In this document: positions 49,201 through 62,899 of the stretch, one piece after another
How positions within the stretch are numbered: the stretch's first letter is position 1
How the letters are laid out: each line of letters starts with the position of its first letter
DNA from: Euprymna scolopes
Taxonomy: Eukaryota
Reading direction: 5' to 3' (one strand)
Assembly: GCA_053919585.1 (NCBI GenBank)
Contig: CM132825.1
Length of the DNA stretch: 64,000 bases
The notes under the pieces: generated by a model
Told to the model about the DNA's origin: nothing
Database searches by the model: none
What the model saw: the letters and a program-made list of their open reading frames with translations, nothing else
Made by a program: the position numbers and the translations under genes

Positions 49201-52200
49201 AAGAATGTGTCAGTTGGCTGCTTAGTAGGACATCAGTTGATACTGGAAGAGATAGTCAATTGGCTACTAAGTAGGACATCAGTTAGTACTGGAAGAGAGT
49301 GTACATTGGCTACTTAGTAGGACATCAGTTGATACTCGAAGAGAGTGTCAGTTGGCTGCTTAGTAGGACATCAGTGGATACTGGAATAGAGTGTCAATTG
49401 GCTACTTAGTAGGACATCAGTTTATACTGGAAGAGAGAGTCAATTGGCTACTTAGCAGGACATCAGTTGGTACTGGAAGATAGTGTCAATTGGCTACTTA
49501 GTAGGACATCAGTTGATACTGGGAGAGAGAGTCAATTAGCTACTTAGTAGGACATCAGTCTATACTGGAAGAGAGTGTCAGTTGGCTGCTTAGTAGGACA
49601 TAAGTTGATACTGGAAGAGAGAGTCAATTGGCTACTTAGTAGAACATCAGTTGGTACTGGAAGAGAGTATAATTTGGCTGCTTAGTAGGACATCAGTTGT
49701 TACTGGAAGAGAGAGTCAATTAGCTACTTAGTAGGACATCAGTTGATACTGGAAGAGAGTGTCAGTTGGCTGCTTAATAGGACATCAGTTGATACTGGAA
49801 GAGTGAGTCAATTCGCTTCTTAGCACGACATCAGTTGGTACTGGAAGAGAGTATCATTTGGCTGCTTAGTAGGACATCACTTGAATCTGGAAGAGAGAGT
49901 CAATTGGCTACTTAGTAGGACATTAGTTGATACTGGAAGAGAGAGTCAACTAGCAACTTAATAGGACATCAGTTTATACTAGAAGAGAGTGTCAGGTCGC
50001 TGCTTAGTAGGACATCAGTTGATACTGGAAGAGTGAGTCAATTGGCTACTTAGTAGGACATCAGTTGGTACTGTAAGAGAGTATCATTTGGCTGCTTAGT
50101 AGGACATCACTTGATACTGGAAGAGAGAGTCATTTGGCTACTTATTAGGACATCAGTTGATACTGGAAGAGAGTGTCAGTTGGCTGCTTAGTAGGACATC
50201 AGTTGATACTGGAAGAGAGTGTCAGTTGGCTGCTTAGTAGGACATCAGTTGATACTGGAAGAGAGAGTAAATTAGCAACTTAGTAGGACATCAGTTGATA
50301 CTGGAAGAGAGTGTCAGTTGGCTGCTTAGTAGGTTATCAGTTGGTACTGGAAGAGAGTATCATTTGGCTTCTTAGTAGGACATCAGTTGATACTGGAAGA
50401 GAGAGTCAATTGGCTGCTTAGTAGGACATCAGTTGATACTGGAAGAGTGTTGCAGTTTGCTGCTACGCAGGATATCAGTTGATACTTGAAGAATGTTTCA
50501 GTTGGCTGCTTAGCAGGACATCATTTGATACTGGAAGAGAGAGTGAATTGGCTAATTAGTAGGACATCAGTTAGTACTGGAGGAGAGTTTCAGTTGGCTA
50601 CTTAGTAGGACATCAGTTGATACTGGAAGAGAGTGTCAGTTGGCTGCTTAGTAGGACATCAGTTGATACTGGAACAGAGTGTCAATTGGCTACTTAGTAG
50701 GACATCAGTTGATAATGGAGGAGAGTGTCATTTGGCTGCTTAGGAGGACATCGGTGGATACTGAAAGAGAGAGTCAATTGGCTACTTAGTAGGACATCAG
50801 TTGATACTGGAAGAGAAAGTCAATTGGCTACTTAGAAGGACATCAGTTGGTACTGGAAGAGAGTATCATTTGGCTGCTTAGTAGGACATCAGTTGATACT
50901 GGAAGAGAATTGCAGTTTGCTGCTACGCAGGATATCAGTTAATACTGGAAGAAAGTGTCAGTTGGCTGCTTAGTAGGACATCAGTTGGTACTGGAAGAGA
51001 GTATCATTTGGCTGCTTAGTAGGACATCAGTTGTTACTGGAAGAGAGTGTCAGTTGGCTGCTTAGTAGGACATCGGTTGATACTGGAAGAGAGTGTACAT
51101 TGGCTGCTTTGTAGGACATCAGTTGATACTGAAAGAAGGAGTCAATTGGCTGCTTAGTAGGACATCAGTTGATACTGGAAGAGAGTGTCAGTTGGCTGCT
51201 TAGTAGGATATCAGTTGATACTGGAAGAGAGTTTCAATTGGCTACTAATTAGGGCATCAGTTTGTACAGGAAGAGAGTGTCAATTGGCTGCTTAGTAGGA
51301 CATCAGTTGATACTGGAAGAGAAAGTCAATAATCTGCTTAGTAGGACATCAGTTGATACTGGAAGAGAGAGTGAATTGGCTGCTTAGTAGGACATCAGTT
51401 GATACTGGAAGAGAGTGTCAGTTGGCTTCTTAGTAGGACATCAGTTGATACTGGAAGAGAGTGTCAGTTTGCTGCTTGGTAGGACATCAGTTGATACTGA
51501 AACAGAGAGTCAATTGGCTTCTTAGTAGGACATCAGTTGATACTGGAAGAGAGTGTCAGCTGGCTGCTTAGTAGGACATCAGTTGATACTGGAAGAGAGA
51601 GTCAATTAGCTACTTAGTAGGACATCAGTTGATACTGGAAGAGAGTGTCTATTGTCTGCTTAGGAGGACATCAGTTGATACTGCAACAGAGAGTCAATTG
51701 GCTGCTTAGTAGGATATCAGTTGATACTGGAAGAGAGGGTCAATTGGCTGCTTAGTAGGACATCAGTTGATGCTGGAAGAGAGTGTCGATTGGCTACTTA
51801 GTAGGACATCAGTTAGTACTGGAAGAGAGTATCATTTGGCTACTTAGTAGGACATCAGTTGATACTGGAAGAGAGTGTAAGTCGGCTGCTTAGTAGGACA
51901 TCAGTTTATACTGGAAGAGAGTTGCAGTTTGCTGCTACGCAGGATATCAGTTGGTACTGGAAGAATGTGTCAGTTGGCTACTTAGTAGGACATCAGTTCG
52001 TACTGGAAGAGAGTATCATTTGGCTGCTTAGTAGGACATCAGTTGATACTGGAAGAATGTGTCAGTTGGCTGCTGTGTAGGACATCGGTTGATACTGGAA
52101 GAGAATGTACATTGGCTGCTTAGTAGGACATCAGTTGATACTGAAAGAGAGAGTCAATTGGCTGCTTAGTAGGACATCCGTTGATACTGGAAGAGAGTGT

Positions 52201-55200
52201 CAGTTGGCTGCTTAGTAGGATATCAGTTTATACTGGAAGAGAGTGTCAATTCGCTGCTTCGTAGGACATCAGTTTATACTGGGAGAGAGAGTGAATTGGC
52301 TAATAATTAGGGCATCAGTTTTTACTGGAAGAGAGTGTCAATTTGCGGCTTAGTAGGACATCAGTTGATACTGGAAGAGAAAGTCAATTAGCTGCTAAGT
52401 AGGACATCAGTTGATACTGGAAGAGAGAATCAGTTGGCTGCTTAGTACGACATCAGTTCATACTGGAAGAGAGTGTCAGTTGGCTGCTTAGTAGGACATC
52501 AGTTCATACTGGAAGAGAGAGTCAATTGGCTACTTAGTAGGACATCAGTTGATAAGAGAGTGTCAGTTGGCTGCTTAGTAGGACATCAGTTCATACTGCA
52601 AGAGTGTGTCAGTTGGCTACTTAGTAGAACATCAGTTGATACTGGAAGAGAGAGTCAATTGGCTACTTAGTAGGACATAAGTTGATACTGGAAGAGAGTG
52701 TCAGTTGGCTGCTTAGTAGGACCAGTTGATACTGGAAAAGAGGGTCAGTTGGCTACTTAGTAGGACATCAGTTGACACTGGAAGAGAGAGTCAATTAGCT
52801 GCTTAGTAGGACATCAGTTTATACTGGATGAGAGAGTCAATTGGCTGCTTTGTAGGACGTCAGTTGATACTGGAAGAGAGAGTCAATTGGCTACTTAGTA
52901 GGGCATCAGTTGATACTGGAAGAGAGAGTCAATTGGCTGCTTAGTAGGACATCAGTGGATACTGGAAGAGAGTGTCAATTGGCTACTTAGTAGGACATCA
53001 GTTCGTACTGGAAGAGAGAGTCAATTGGCTACTTAGTAGGACATCAGTTGGTACTGGAAGAGATTATCATTTGGCTGCTTAGTAGGACATCAGTGTATAC
53101 TGGAAGAGAGTGTCAGTTGGCTGCTTAGTAGGACATCAGTTGATACTGGAAGAGAGTGTCAATTGGCTGCTTAGTAGGACATCAGTTGATACTGGAAGAG
53201 AGAGTCAATTGGCTGCTTAGTAGGACATCAGTTGATACTGGAAGAGAGTGTCATTTGGCTGCTTAGTAGGACATCAGTTGATACTGGAAGAGAGAGTCAA
53301 TTGGCTGCTTAATAGGACATCAGTGTATACTGGAAGAGAGTGTCAGTTGGCTGCTTAGTAGGACATCAGTTGATACTGGAAGAGAGTGTAAGTTGGCTGC
53401 TTAGTAGGACATCAGTTGATACTGGAAGAGAGTGTCAATTGGCTGCTTAGTAGGACATCAGTTGATACTGGAAGAGAGAGTCAATTGGCTGCTTAGTAGG
53501 ACATAAGTCTATACTAGAAGAGAGTGTCAGTTGGCTGCTTAGTAGGAAATCAGTGTATACTGGAAGAGAGAGCCAATTGGCTACTTAGTAGGACATCAGT
53601 TGATACTGGAAGAGAGAGTCAATTGGCTGCTTAGTAGGACATCCGTTGATACTGGAAGAGAGTGTCAGCTGGCTGCTTAGTAGGATATCAGTTTATACTG
53701 GAAGAGAGAGTCAATTCGCTGCTTAGTAGGACATCAGTTGATACTGGAAGAGAGTGTCAATTGGCTGCTTAGTAGGACATCAGTTGATACTGGAAGAGAG
53801 AGTCAATTGGCTGCTTAGTAGGACATCAGTTGATACTTGAAGAGAGAGTCAATTGGCTACTTAGTAGGGTATCAGTTGATAATGGAAGAGTGGGTCAATT
53901 GGCTGCTTAGTAGGACATCAGTTGATACTGGAAGAGAGTGTCAATTGGCTACTTAGTAGGACATCAGTTGGTACTGGAAGAGAGTGTCATTTGGCTGCTT
54001 AGTAGGATATTAGTTGATACTGGAAGAGAGTGTCAGTTTGCTGCTTAGTAGGACATCAGTTGATACTGGAAGAGAGTTGTCTTTTGCTGCTACGCAGGAT
54101 ATCAGTTGATACTGGAAGAATGTGTCAGTTGGCTACTTAGTAGGACATCAGTTCGTACTGGAAGAGAGTATCATTTGGCTGCGTAGTAGGACATCAGTTT
54201 ATACTGGAAGAGAGTGTCAGTTGGCTGCTTAGTAGGACATCGGTTTATACTGGAAGAGAGTGTACAGTGGCTGCTTAGTAGGACATCAGTTGATACTGAA
54301 AGAGAGAGTCAATTTGCTGCTTAGTAGGACATCAGTCGATACAGGAAGAGATTGTCAGTTTGCTGCTTAGTAGAATATCAGTTGATACTGGAAGAGAGTG
54401 TCAATTGTCTGCTTCGTAGGACATCAGTTGATACTGGAAGAGAGAGTCAATTGGCTGCTTAGCAAGACATCAGTTGATACTGGGAGAGAGAGTCAATTGG
54501 CTACTAATAAGGGCATCAGTTTGTACTGGAAGATAGTGTCATTTGGCTGCTTAATAGGACATCAGTTTATACTGGAAGAGAGAGTCCATGCGCTGCTTAG
54601 TAGGACATCAGTTGATACTGGAAGTGAGTGTCAGTTGGCTGCTTAGTAGGACATCAGTTGATACTGGAAGAGAGTTGCAGTTTGCTGCTACGCAGGATAT
54701 CAGTTGGTACTGGAAGAATGTGTCAGTTGGCTACTTAGTAGGGCATCAGTTCTTACTGGAAGAGAGTATCATTTGGCTGCTTAGTAGGACATCCGTTGAT
54801 ACTGGAAGAGAGTGTCAGTTGGCTGCTTAGTAGGATATCAGTTTATACTGGAAGAGAGTGTCAATTCGCTGCTTCGTAGGACATCAGTTGATACTGGAAG
54901 AGAGAGTAAATTGGCTGCTTAGTAGGACATCAGTTTATACTGGGAGAGAGAGTGAATTGGCTAATAATTAGGGCATCAGTTTTTACTGGAAGAGAGTGTC
55001 AATTTGCTGCTTAGTAGGACATCAGTTGATACTGGAAGAGAAACTAAATTAGCTGCTTAGTAGGACATCAGTTGATACTGGAAGAGAGAATCAGTTGGCT
55101 GCTTAGTACGACATCGGTTCATACTGGAAGAAAGTGTCAATTGGCTACTTAGTAGGACATCAGTTGATACTGGAAGAGAGTGTCAGTTCGCTGCTTAGTA

Positions 55201-58200
55201 GGACAGCAGTTCATACTGGAAGAGAGTGTCAATTGGCTACTAATTAGGGCATCAGTTTGTACTGGAAGAGAGTGTCAATTGGCTGCTTAGTAGGACATCA
55301 GTTGATACTGGAAGAGAAAGTCAATTAGCTGCTTAGTAGGACATCAGTTGAAACTGGAAGAGAGAGTCAATTGGCTGCTTAGTAGGACATCAATTGATAC
55401 TGGAACAGAGTGTCATTTGGCTTCTTAGTAGGACATCAGTTGATACTGGAAGAGAGAGTCAATTGGCTGCTTAGTAGGACATCAGTTGATACTGGAAGAG
55501 AGAGTCAATTGGCTATTAGTAGGGCATCAGTTGATACTGGAAGAGAGAGTCAATTGGCTGCTTAGTAGGACATCAGTTGATACTGGAAGAGAGTGTTAAT
55601 TGGCTACTTAGTAGGACATCAGTTGGTACTGGAAAAGAGTATCATTTGGCTGCTTAGTAAGACATCAGTTGATACTGGAAGAGAGTGTCAGTTGGCTGCT
55701 TAGTAGGACATCAGTTGATACTGGAAGAGAGTGTCAATTGGCTGCTTAGTAGGGCATCAGTTGATACTGGAAGAGAGAGTCAATTCGCTGCTTAGTAGGA
55801 CATCAGTTGATACTGGAAGAGAGAGTCAATTTGCTTCTTAGCAGGGCATCAGTTGATACTAGAAGAGAGAGTTAATTGGCTGCTTAGTAGGACATCAGTT
55901 GATACTGGAAGAGAGTGTCAATTGGCTACTTAGTAGGACATCAGTTGATACTGGAAGAGAGAGTCTATGGGCTACTTAGCAGGACATCAGTTGGTACTGG
56001 AAGAGAGTGTCAGTTGGCTACTTAGTAGGACATCAGTTGATACTGGAAGAGAGAGTTAATTAGCTACTTAGTAGGACATCAGTTGATACTGGGAGAGAGT
56101 GTCAATGGGCTACTAATTAGGGCATCAGTTTCTACTGGAAGAGAGTGTCATTTGGCTGCTTAGTAGGACATCAGTTGATACTGGAAGAGAGAGTCAATTA
56201 GCTGCTTAGTAGGACATCAGTTGATACTGGAAGAGAGTGTCAGTTGGCGGCTTAGTAGGACATCAGTTGATACTGGAAGAGAGAGTCAATTGGCTACTTA
56301 ATAGGACATCAGTTGATACTGGAAGAGAGTGTCAATTGGCTGCTTAGTAGGACATCAGTTGATACTTGAAGAGAGAGTCAATTGGCTACTTAGTAGGGTA
56401 TCAGTTGATAATGGAAGAGTGGGTCAATTGGCTGCTTAGTAGGACATCAGTTGATACTGGAAGAGAGTGTCAATTGGCTACTTAGTAGGACATCAGTTGG
56501 TACTGGAAGAGAGTGTCATTTGGCTGCTTAGTAGGATATTAGTTGATACTGGAAGAGAGTTGCAGTTTGCTGCTACGCAGGATATCAGTTGATACTGGAA
56601 GAATGTGTCAGTTGCCTACTTAGTAGGACATCAGTTCGTACTGGAAGAGAGTATCATGGGGCTGCTTAGTAGGACATCAGTTTATACTGGAAGAAAGTTT
56701 CAGTTGGTTGCTTAGTAGGACATCAGTTGATACTGGAAGAGAGTGTCAATTGGCTGCTTAGTAGGACATCAGTTGATACTGGAAGAGAGTGTCAATTGGC
56801 TACTTAGTAGGACATCAGTTGGTACTGGAAGAGAGTGTCATTTGGCTGCTTAGTAGGATATTAGTTGATACTGGAAGAGAGTGTCAGTTGGCTGCTTAGT
56901 AGGACATCAGTTGATACTGGAAGAGAGTTGCAGTTTGCTGCTACGCAGGATATCAGTTGATACTGGAAGAATGTGTCAGTTGCCTACTTAGTAGGACATC
57001 AGTTCGTACTGGAAGAGAGTATCATGGGGCTGCTTAGTAGGACATCAGTTTATACTGGAAGAAAGTTTCAGTTGGTTGCTTAGTAGGACATCGGTTGATA
57101 CTGGAAGAGAGTGTACATTGGCTGCTTAGTAGGACATCAGTTGATACTGAAAGAGAGAGTCAATTTGCTGCTTAGTAGGACATTAGTTGATACAGGAAGA
57201 GATTGTCAGTTGGCTGCTTAGTAGAATATCAGTTGATAATGGAAGAGAGTGTCAATTGTCTGCTTCGTAGGACATCAGTTGATACTGGAAGAGAGAGTCA
57301 ATTTGCTGCTTAGCAAGACATCAGTTGATACTGGGAGAGAGAGTCAATTGGCTACTAATTAGGGCATCAGTTTGTACTGGAAGAGAGTGTCATTTGGCTG
57401 CTTAATAGGACATCAGTTTATACTGGAAGAGAGAGTCCATGCGCTGCTTAGTAGGACATCAGTTGATACTGGAAGAGAGAGTCAATTGGCTGCTTAGTAG
57501 GACATCAGTTGATACTGGAAGAGAGAGTCAATTGGCTACTTAGTAGGACATCAGTTGATACTGGAAGAGAGTGTCAGTTTGCTGCTTAGTAGGACATAAG
57601 TTCATACTGGAAGAGAGTGTCAGTTGGCTGCTTAGTAGGACATCAGTTGACACTGGAAGAGACAGTCAATTGGCTGCTTAGTAGGACATCAGTTGATACT
57701 GGAAGAGAGTGTCAGTTTGCTGCTTAGAAGGACATCAGTTGATACTGCAAGACAGAGTCAATTGGCTACTTAGTAGGATATCAGTTGATACTTGAAGAGA
57801 GTGTCAATTGGCTGCTTAGCCGGACATCAGTTGATACTGGAAGAGAGAGTCAATTTGCTGCTTAGTAGGACATCAGTTAATACTGGAAGAGAGAGTCAAT
57901 TGGCTACTTAGTAGGGCATCAGTTAATACTGGAATAGAGTGTCAATTGGCTGCTGAGTAGGACATCAGTTGATACTGGCAGAGAGTGTCAATTGGCTACT
58001 TAGTAGGACATCAGTTGGTACTGTAAGAGAGTATCATTTGGCTGCTTAGTAGGACATCAGTTGATACTGGAAGAGAGTGTCAGTTGGCTGCTTAGTAGGA
58101 CATCAGTTGATACTGGAAGAGTGAGTCAATTGGCAGCTTAGTAGGGCATCAGTTTATACGGGAAGAGAGAGTTAATTGGCTACTTAGAAGGGCATCAGTT

Positions 58201-61200
58201 GATACTGGAAGAGATTGTCAGTTGGCTACTTAGTAGGACATCAGTGGATAATGGAAGAGAGTGTTGTGTGCTACTTAACATGACATCATTGGATACTGGA
58301 AGAGTGTGTCAGTTTACTACTTAGTAGGACATAAGTAGTTACTGGAAGAGAATTTCAGTGGGGTGCTGAACAGGACATCACTGTATACTGGAAGAGAGTT
58401 TCAGTTGGCTGCTGAGCAGGATATCAGTGGATACTGGAAGAGTCTCAGTGGGCTGCTGAACAGGATATAAGTGGATACTGGGACAATGTCAATTGGCTGC
58501 CAAGTAGGACATCAGTTGATACTGGAAGAGAGGGTCAATTGGCTACTTAGTAGGACATCAGTTGCTACTGGAAGAGAGTATCATTTGGCTGCTTAGTAGG
58601 ACATCAGTTGATACTGGAAGAGAGTGTCAGTTGGCTGCTTAGTAGGACATCAGTTGATACTGGAAGAGAGTGTCAATTGGCAGCTTAGTAGGGCATCAGT
58701 TGATACTGGAAGAGAGAGTCAATTGGCTGCTTAGTAGGACATCAGTTGATACTGGAAGAGAGTGTCAATTGGCTACTTAGTAGGACATCAGTTGATACTG
58801 GAAGAGAGTGTCAGTTGGCTGCTTAGTAGGACATCAGTTGATACTGGAAGAGAGTGTCAATTGGCAGCTTAGTAGGGCATCAGTTGATACTGGAAGAGAG
58901 AGTTAATTGGCTACTTAGCAGGGCATCAGTTGATACAAGAAGAGAATGTCAATTGGCTACTTAGTAGGACATCAGTGGATAATGGAAGAGAGTGTTGTGT
59001 GCTACTTAACAGGACATCATTGTATATTGGAAGAGTGTGTCAGTTTACTACTTAGTAGGACATAAGTAGTTACTGGAAGAGAATCTCAGTGGGCTGCTGA
59101 ACAGGACATCAGTGTATACTGGAAGAGAGTGTCAGTTGGCTGCTGAGCAGGATATCAGTGGATACTGGAAGAGAGTCTCAGTGGGCTGCTGAACAGGATA
59201 TAATTGGATACTGGGACAATGTCAATTGGCTGCCAAGTAGGACATCAGTGGATGCTGGAAGAGTGTGTCAATGGGCTGCATAGCAGGACATCAGTAGATA
59301 CTGGAGGAGATTGTCAGTTGGCTGCTAAGTAGGACATCAGTTGATACTGGAATAAAGTTTCAGTGAGAAGTGAAGCCAGACATCAGTGGATATTTGGAGA
59401 CAGTGTCAGTTGACTGCTGAGCAGGACATTAGTGGATATTGGAAGAGAGTGTCCGTTGACAGTTTAGTATGACATCAGTGTATAATGGAAAAGAGTTTCA
59501 ATGCGCTGCTGAGCAGCACATCAGTTGGTACTGTAAGAGACAGTTATTTGGCTGCTTAGTAGGACATGAGTGGATACTGGAAGAGAGTGTCATTTGGCTG
59601 CTTAGTAAGTCATGAGTGGATGCTGGAAGAGAGTGTCGTGTGCTGCTGAGCAGGACATCAGTGGATACTGGAAGAGAGTGTCAGTGGGCTGCTTAGCAGG
59701 ACATCGGTTGATACTGGAAGAGATTGTCAGTTGGCTGCTGAATAGGACATCAATGGATACTGGAAGAGAGTGTCAGTTGGCTACTTAGTAAGTCATGAGT
59801 GGATGCTGGAAGAGAGTGTCGTGTGCTGCTGAGCAGGACATCAGTGGATACTGGAAGAGAGTGTCAGTGGGCTGCTTAGCAGGACATCGGTTGATACTGG
59901 AAGAGTGAGTCAGTTGGCTGCTTAGTAGGACATCAGTGGATACTGGAAGAGCGTGTCTGTTGGCTGCTTAGTAGGACATCAGTGGATACTGGAAGAGTGT
60001 TGCAGTTGGCGGCTTAGTAAGAAATCAGTGGATACTGGAAGAGGCTGTCAGTTTGCTGCTGATTAAGACATGAGTGTATACTGGACGAGAGTGTCAGTTG
60101 GCTACTGAGCAAGATATCAGTGTATACTGGAAGAGAGTGTCAGTTGGCTGCTTATTACGGCATCACTGGATACTGGAAGAGAGTGTCAGTTGTCTTCTAT
60201 GCAGGACATCAGTTGATACTGGAAGAGAGTCCCAGTGGGCTGCTGAACAGGATAAAAGTAGATACTGGAAGAGATTGTCAGTTGGTTGCTGAGTAGGACA
60301 TCCGTTGATACTGGAATAAAGTTTCAGGGGGCAGTGGAGCAGGAAATCAGTGGATATTTGGAGAGAGTGTCGATTGACTGCTGAGCAGGACATCAGTGGA
60401 TACTGCAAGAGGTTGTCTATGGGCTGCTGAGCACGATTTTTGTGGATACTGAAAGAGAGTTTCAGTGGGTTGCTGAGTAGGACATTAGTCGATACTGGGA
60501 GAGAGTGTCAGTTAGCTGCTAAGCTTGACATCAGTTGGTACTGGAAGAGAGTGTCACATTACCGCTGAGCAGGACATCAATGGATACTGGAAGAGAGTGT
60601 CAGTTGGCTACTTAGTAGGACATCAGTTTATACTGGAAGAGAATTTCAGTTGGCTGTGTAGCAGGACATCATGTGATATTGGAATAGAGTGGCAGTTGGC
60701 TGTGAGCAGGACATTAGTGAATACTGGAAGAGTGTGTCAGTTTGCTGCTAACTAAGACGTGAGTGGATACTGGAAGAGAGTCTCAGTGGGCTGCTGAAGT
60801 GGATACTGGGAGAAAATGTCAGTTCGCTGCTCAGCAGGACATCAGTGGATATTGGAAGAGAGTGTCAGTTGGCAGCTTAGTATGACATCAGTGTATAATG
60901 GAAGAGAGTCTCAATTCGCTGCTGAGCAGGACATCAGTGGCTACTGGAAGAGATTGTCAATTGCCTGCTTAGTAGGACCTCAGTGGATACTGCAAGAGAG
61001 TGTATAGGAGCTGCTGAGCAGGACATCTGTGGATACTGGAAGAGCGTGTCAGTGGTTGCTGAGTAGGACATCAGATGATACTCGAAGAGAGTGTCAGTTA
61101 GCTGCTAAGCTGGACATCAGTGGATACTGGAAGAGAGTGTAAGTTGGCTGCTGAGCAGGACATCAGTTGATACTGGAAGAGAATGTCAGTTGGCTGCAGA

Positions 61201-62358
61201 GCAGGACATCAGTGAATACTGTAAGAGACTGTTATTTGGCTGCTTAGTAGGACATCATTGGAGACTGGAAGATAGTGTAAGTTGGCTGCTGCATAGGACA
61301 TTAGTGGATACTGGAAGAGAGTGTCAGTTTCAGTGGGCAGTGGAGCAGGACATCAGTGGATATTCGGAGAGAGTGTCAGTTTACTGCTGAGCAAGATATC
61401 AGTGGATATTGGAAGAGAGTGTCAGTTTGCAGCTTAGTATGACATCAGTGTATAATGGAAGAGAGTCTTAATGCGCTGCTGAGCAGGACATCAGTGGCTA
61501 CTGGAAGAGATTGTCAATTGCCTGCTTAGTAGGACATCAATGGATACTGCAAGAGAGTGTATATGGGCTGCTGAGCAGGTTATCTGTGGATACTCGAAGA
61601 GAGTGTCAGTTAGCTGCTAAGCTGGACATCAGTGGATACTAGAAGAGAGTGTCAGTTGGCTGCTTAGTAGGACATCAGTGGATACCGGACGAGAGTGTCA
61701 GATTACTGCTGAGCAGGACTTTAGTGGATACTAGAAGTGAGTGTCATTGGTCTGCTGCACAGTACATCAGTGGACACTTGAACAGAGTGTCAGTTGGCTA
61801 CTTAGTAGGACATCAGTTTATACTGGTAGAGAGTGTCAGTTGGCTGCTGAGCAGGACATCAGTGGATACTGGAAGAGACTGTTATTTGGCTGCTTAGTAG
61901 GACATCATTGGAGACTGGAAGAAGGGTCAGTTTGCTGCTTAATAGGACATCAGTGGATACTGGAAGAGAGTTTCAGTTGGCTGCGGAGTAGGACATCAGT
62001 GGATGCTGGAAGAGAGTTGCAGTTGGCTGCTGTGCAGGATATCTGTTGATACTGGAAGAGTGTATCAGTTGGCTGCTTAGTAGGACATCAGTTGATACGG
62101 GAAGAGGCTGTCGGTTTGCTGCTGAATAAGATATCAGTGGATACTGGAACAAAGTTTCAGTGGGCTGCGCAGCAGGACATCACTGGATATTGGGAGAGAG
62201 TGTCATTTCTCTCCTTAGAAGGATATAAGTGGATACTGGAAGAGAGTGTCAGTTTGCTACTTAGTAGGACATCATTGGATACTGGAAGAGGGTGTCAGTT
62301 GGATTCTGAATAGGACATCAGTAGATACTGGAAGAGAGTGTCGTGGGCTGCTGAGTAG
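28262..62358. repeat. 46-bp tandem satellite, ~720 units
   Basis: Consensus GGACATCAGTTGATACTGGAAGAGAGTGTCAGTTGGCTGCTTAGTA (period 46, e.g. 35221 to 35267). Divergent edges, homogeneous core, kb-scale internal duplications. Confidence 0.99.
28505..29314 (-). mobile_element. Solo LTR (810 bp) nested in the 46-bp satellite
   Basis: TG...CA ends, perfect 10-bp inverted repeat TGTAATCCCT (28510) / AGGGATTACA (29305-29314), 4-bp TSD GTAG at 28501-28504 and 29315-29318. Minus-strand AATAAA near 28650 suggests the orientation. Confidence 0.85.
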
Positions 62359-62899
62359 ACACAATAAACAAACACAATTAAAATAGCAAAATATTAGCTA
62401 ATTATCAATTTGCCCTTTGTCTTCAATTACGTCCGCAACACCACTATAAAAACAGTAGCTGTCGCGACAAAAAGTTAGCCACCCAGAGTCACAGCACATC
62501 CACAGCCTCGGATAATCATCGGCTCCCGTCGGATTTCCCCTCCCCTGATGTTAAACCCACTTCCACGCACATCATCCCTCAATTTCTCCACGTGGAAACA
62601 CCAACAGCAAGAACTAACATTTTCACTTCTTATTTCATCACAATTTCATATTAGCGCTCTACTTTTTTCTCCTAAGAACCACAAACATTAACCTTACGAT
62701 GAAACTCTTCTTTCCTGAACATTCTCACATCCTTACGAACTTTGAACACTTTGTTAATTTTACTTTCTCATTAAGTTTAATTTTATAAATAAACGATTGA
62801 AAAATCAATCATTTAAAATTTAAATACATATTGTTTGTCTGGTTCCTTCTCGCCACCATACGCTTATTCATAATATAACACATAGAATGCTAAACAGAA

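Larger units (their letters stand above)
28256..62880 (+). mobile_element. Putative solo LTR whose U3 region contains the expanded 46-bp satellite
   Basis: TGTTA at 28256 immediately precedes the first repeat units. After the array come TATAAAA (62445), AATAAA (62788) and terminal TAACA (62880). The TSD is not clean. Confidence 0.6.

Noticed and set aside
28262-62358. CRISPR-like array or coding repeat (many 60-100-aa ORFs such as LEESVSWLLSRTSVDTGRE)
   Set aside because: No unique spacers. The 46-bp period is not a multiple of 3, stops are frequent, and the ORFs are frame-cycling artefacts of the satellite.
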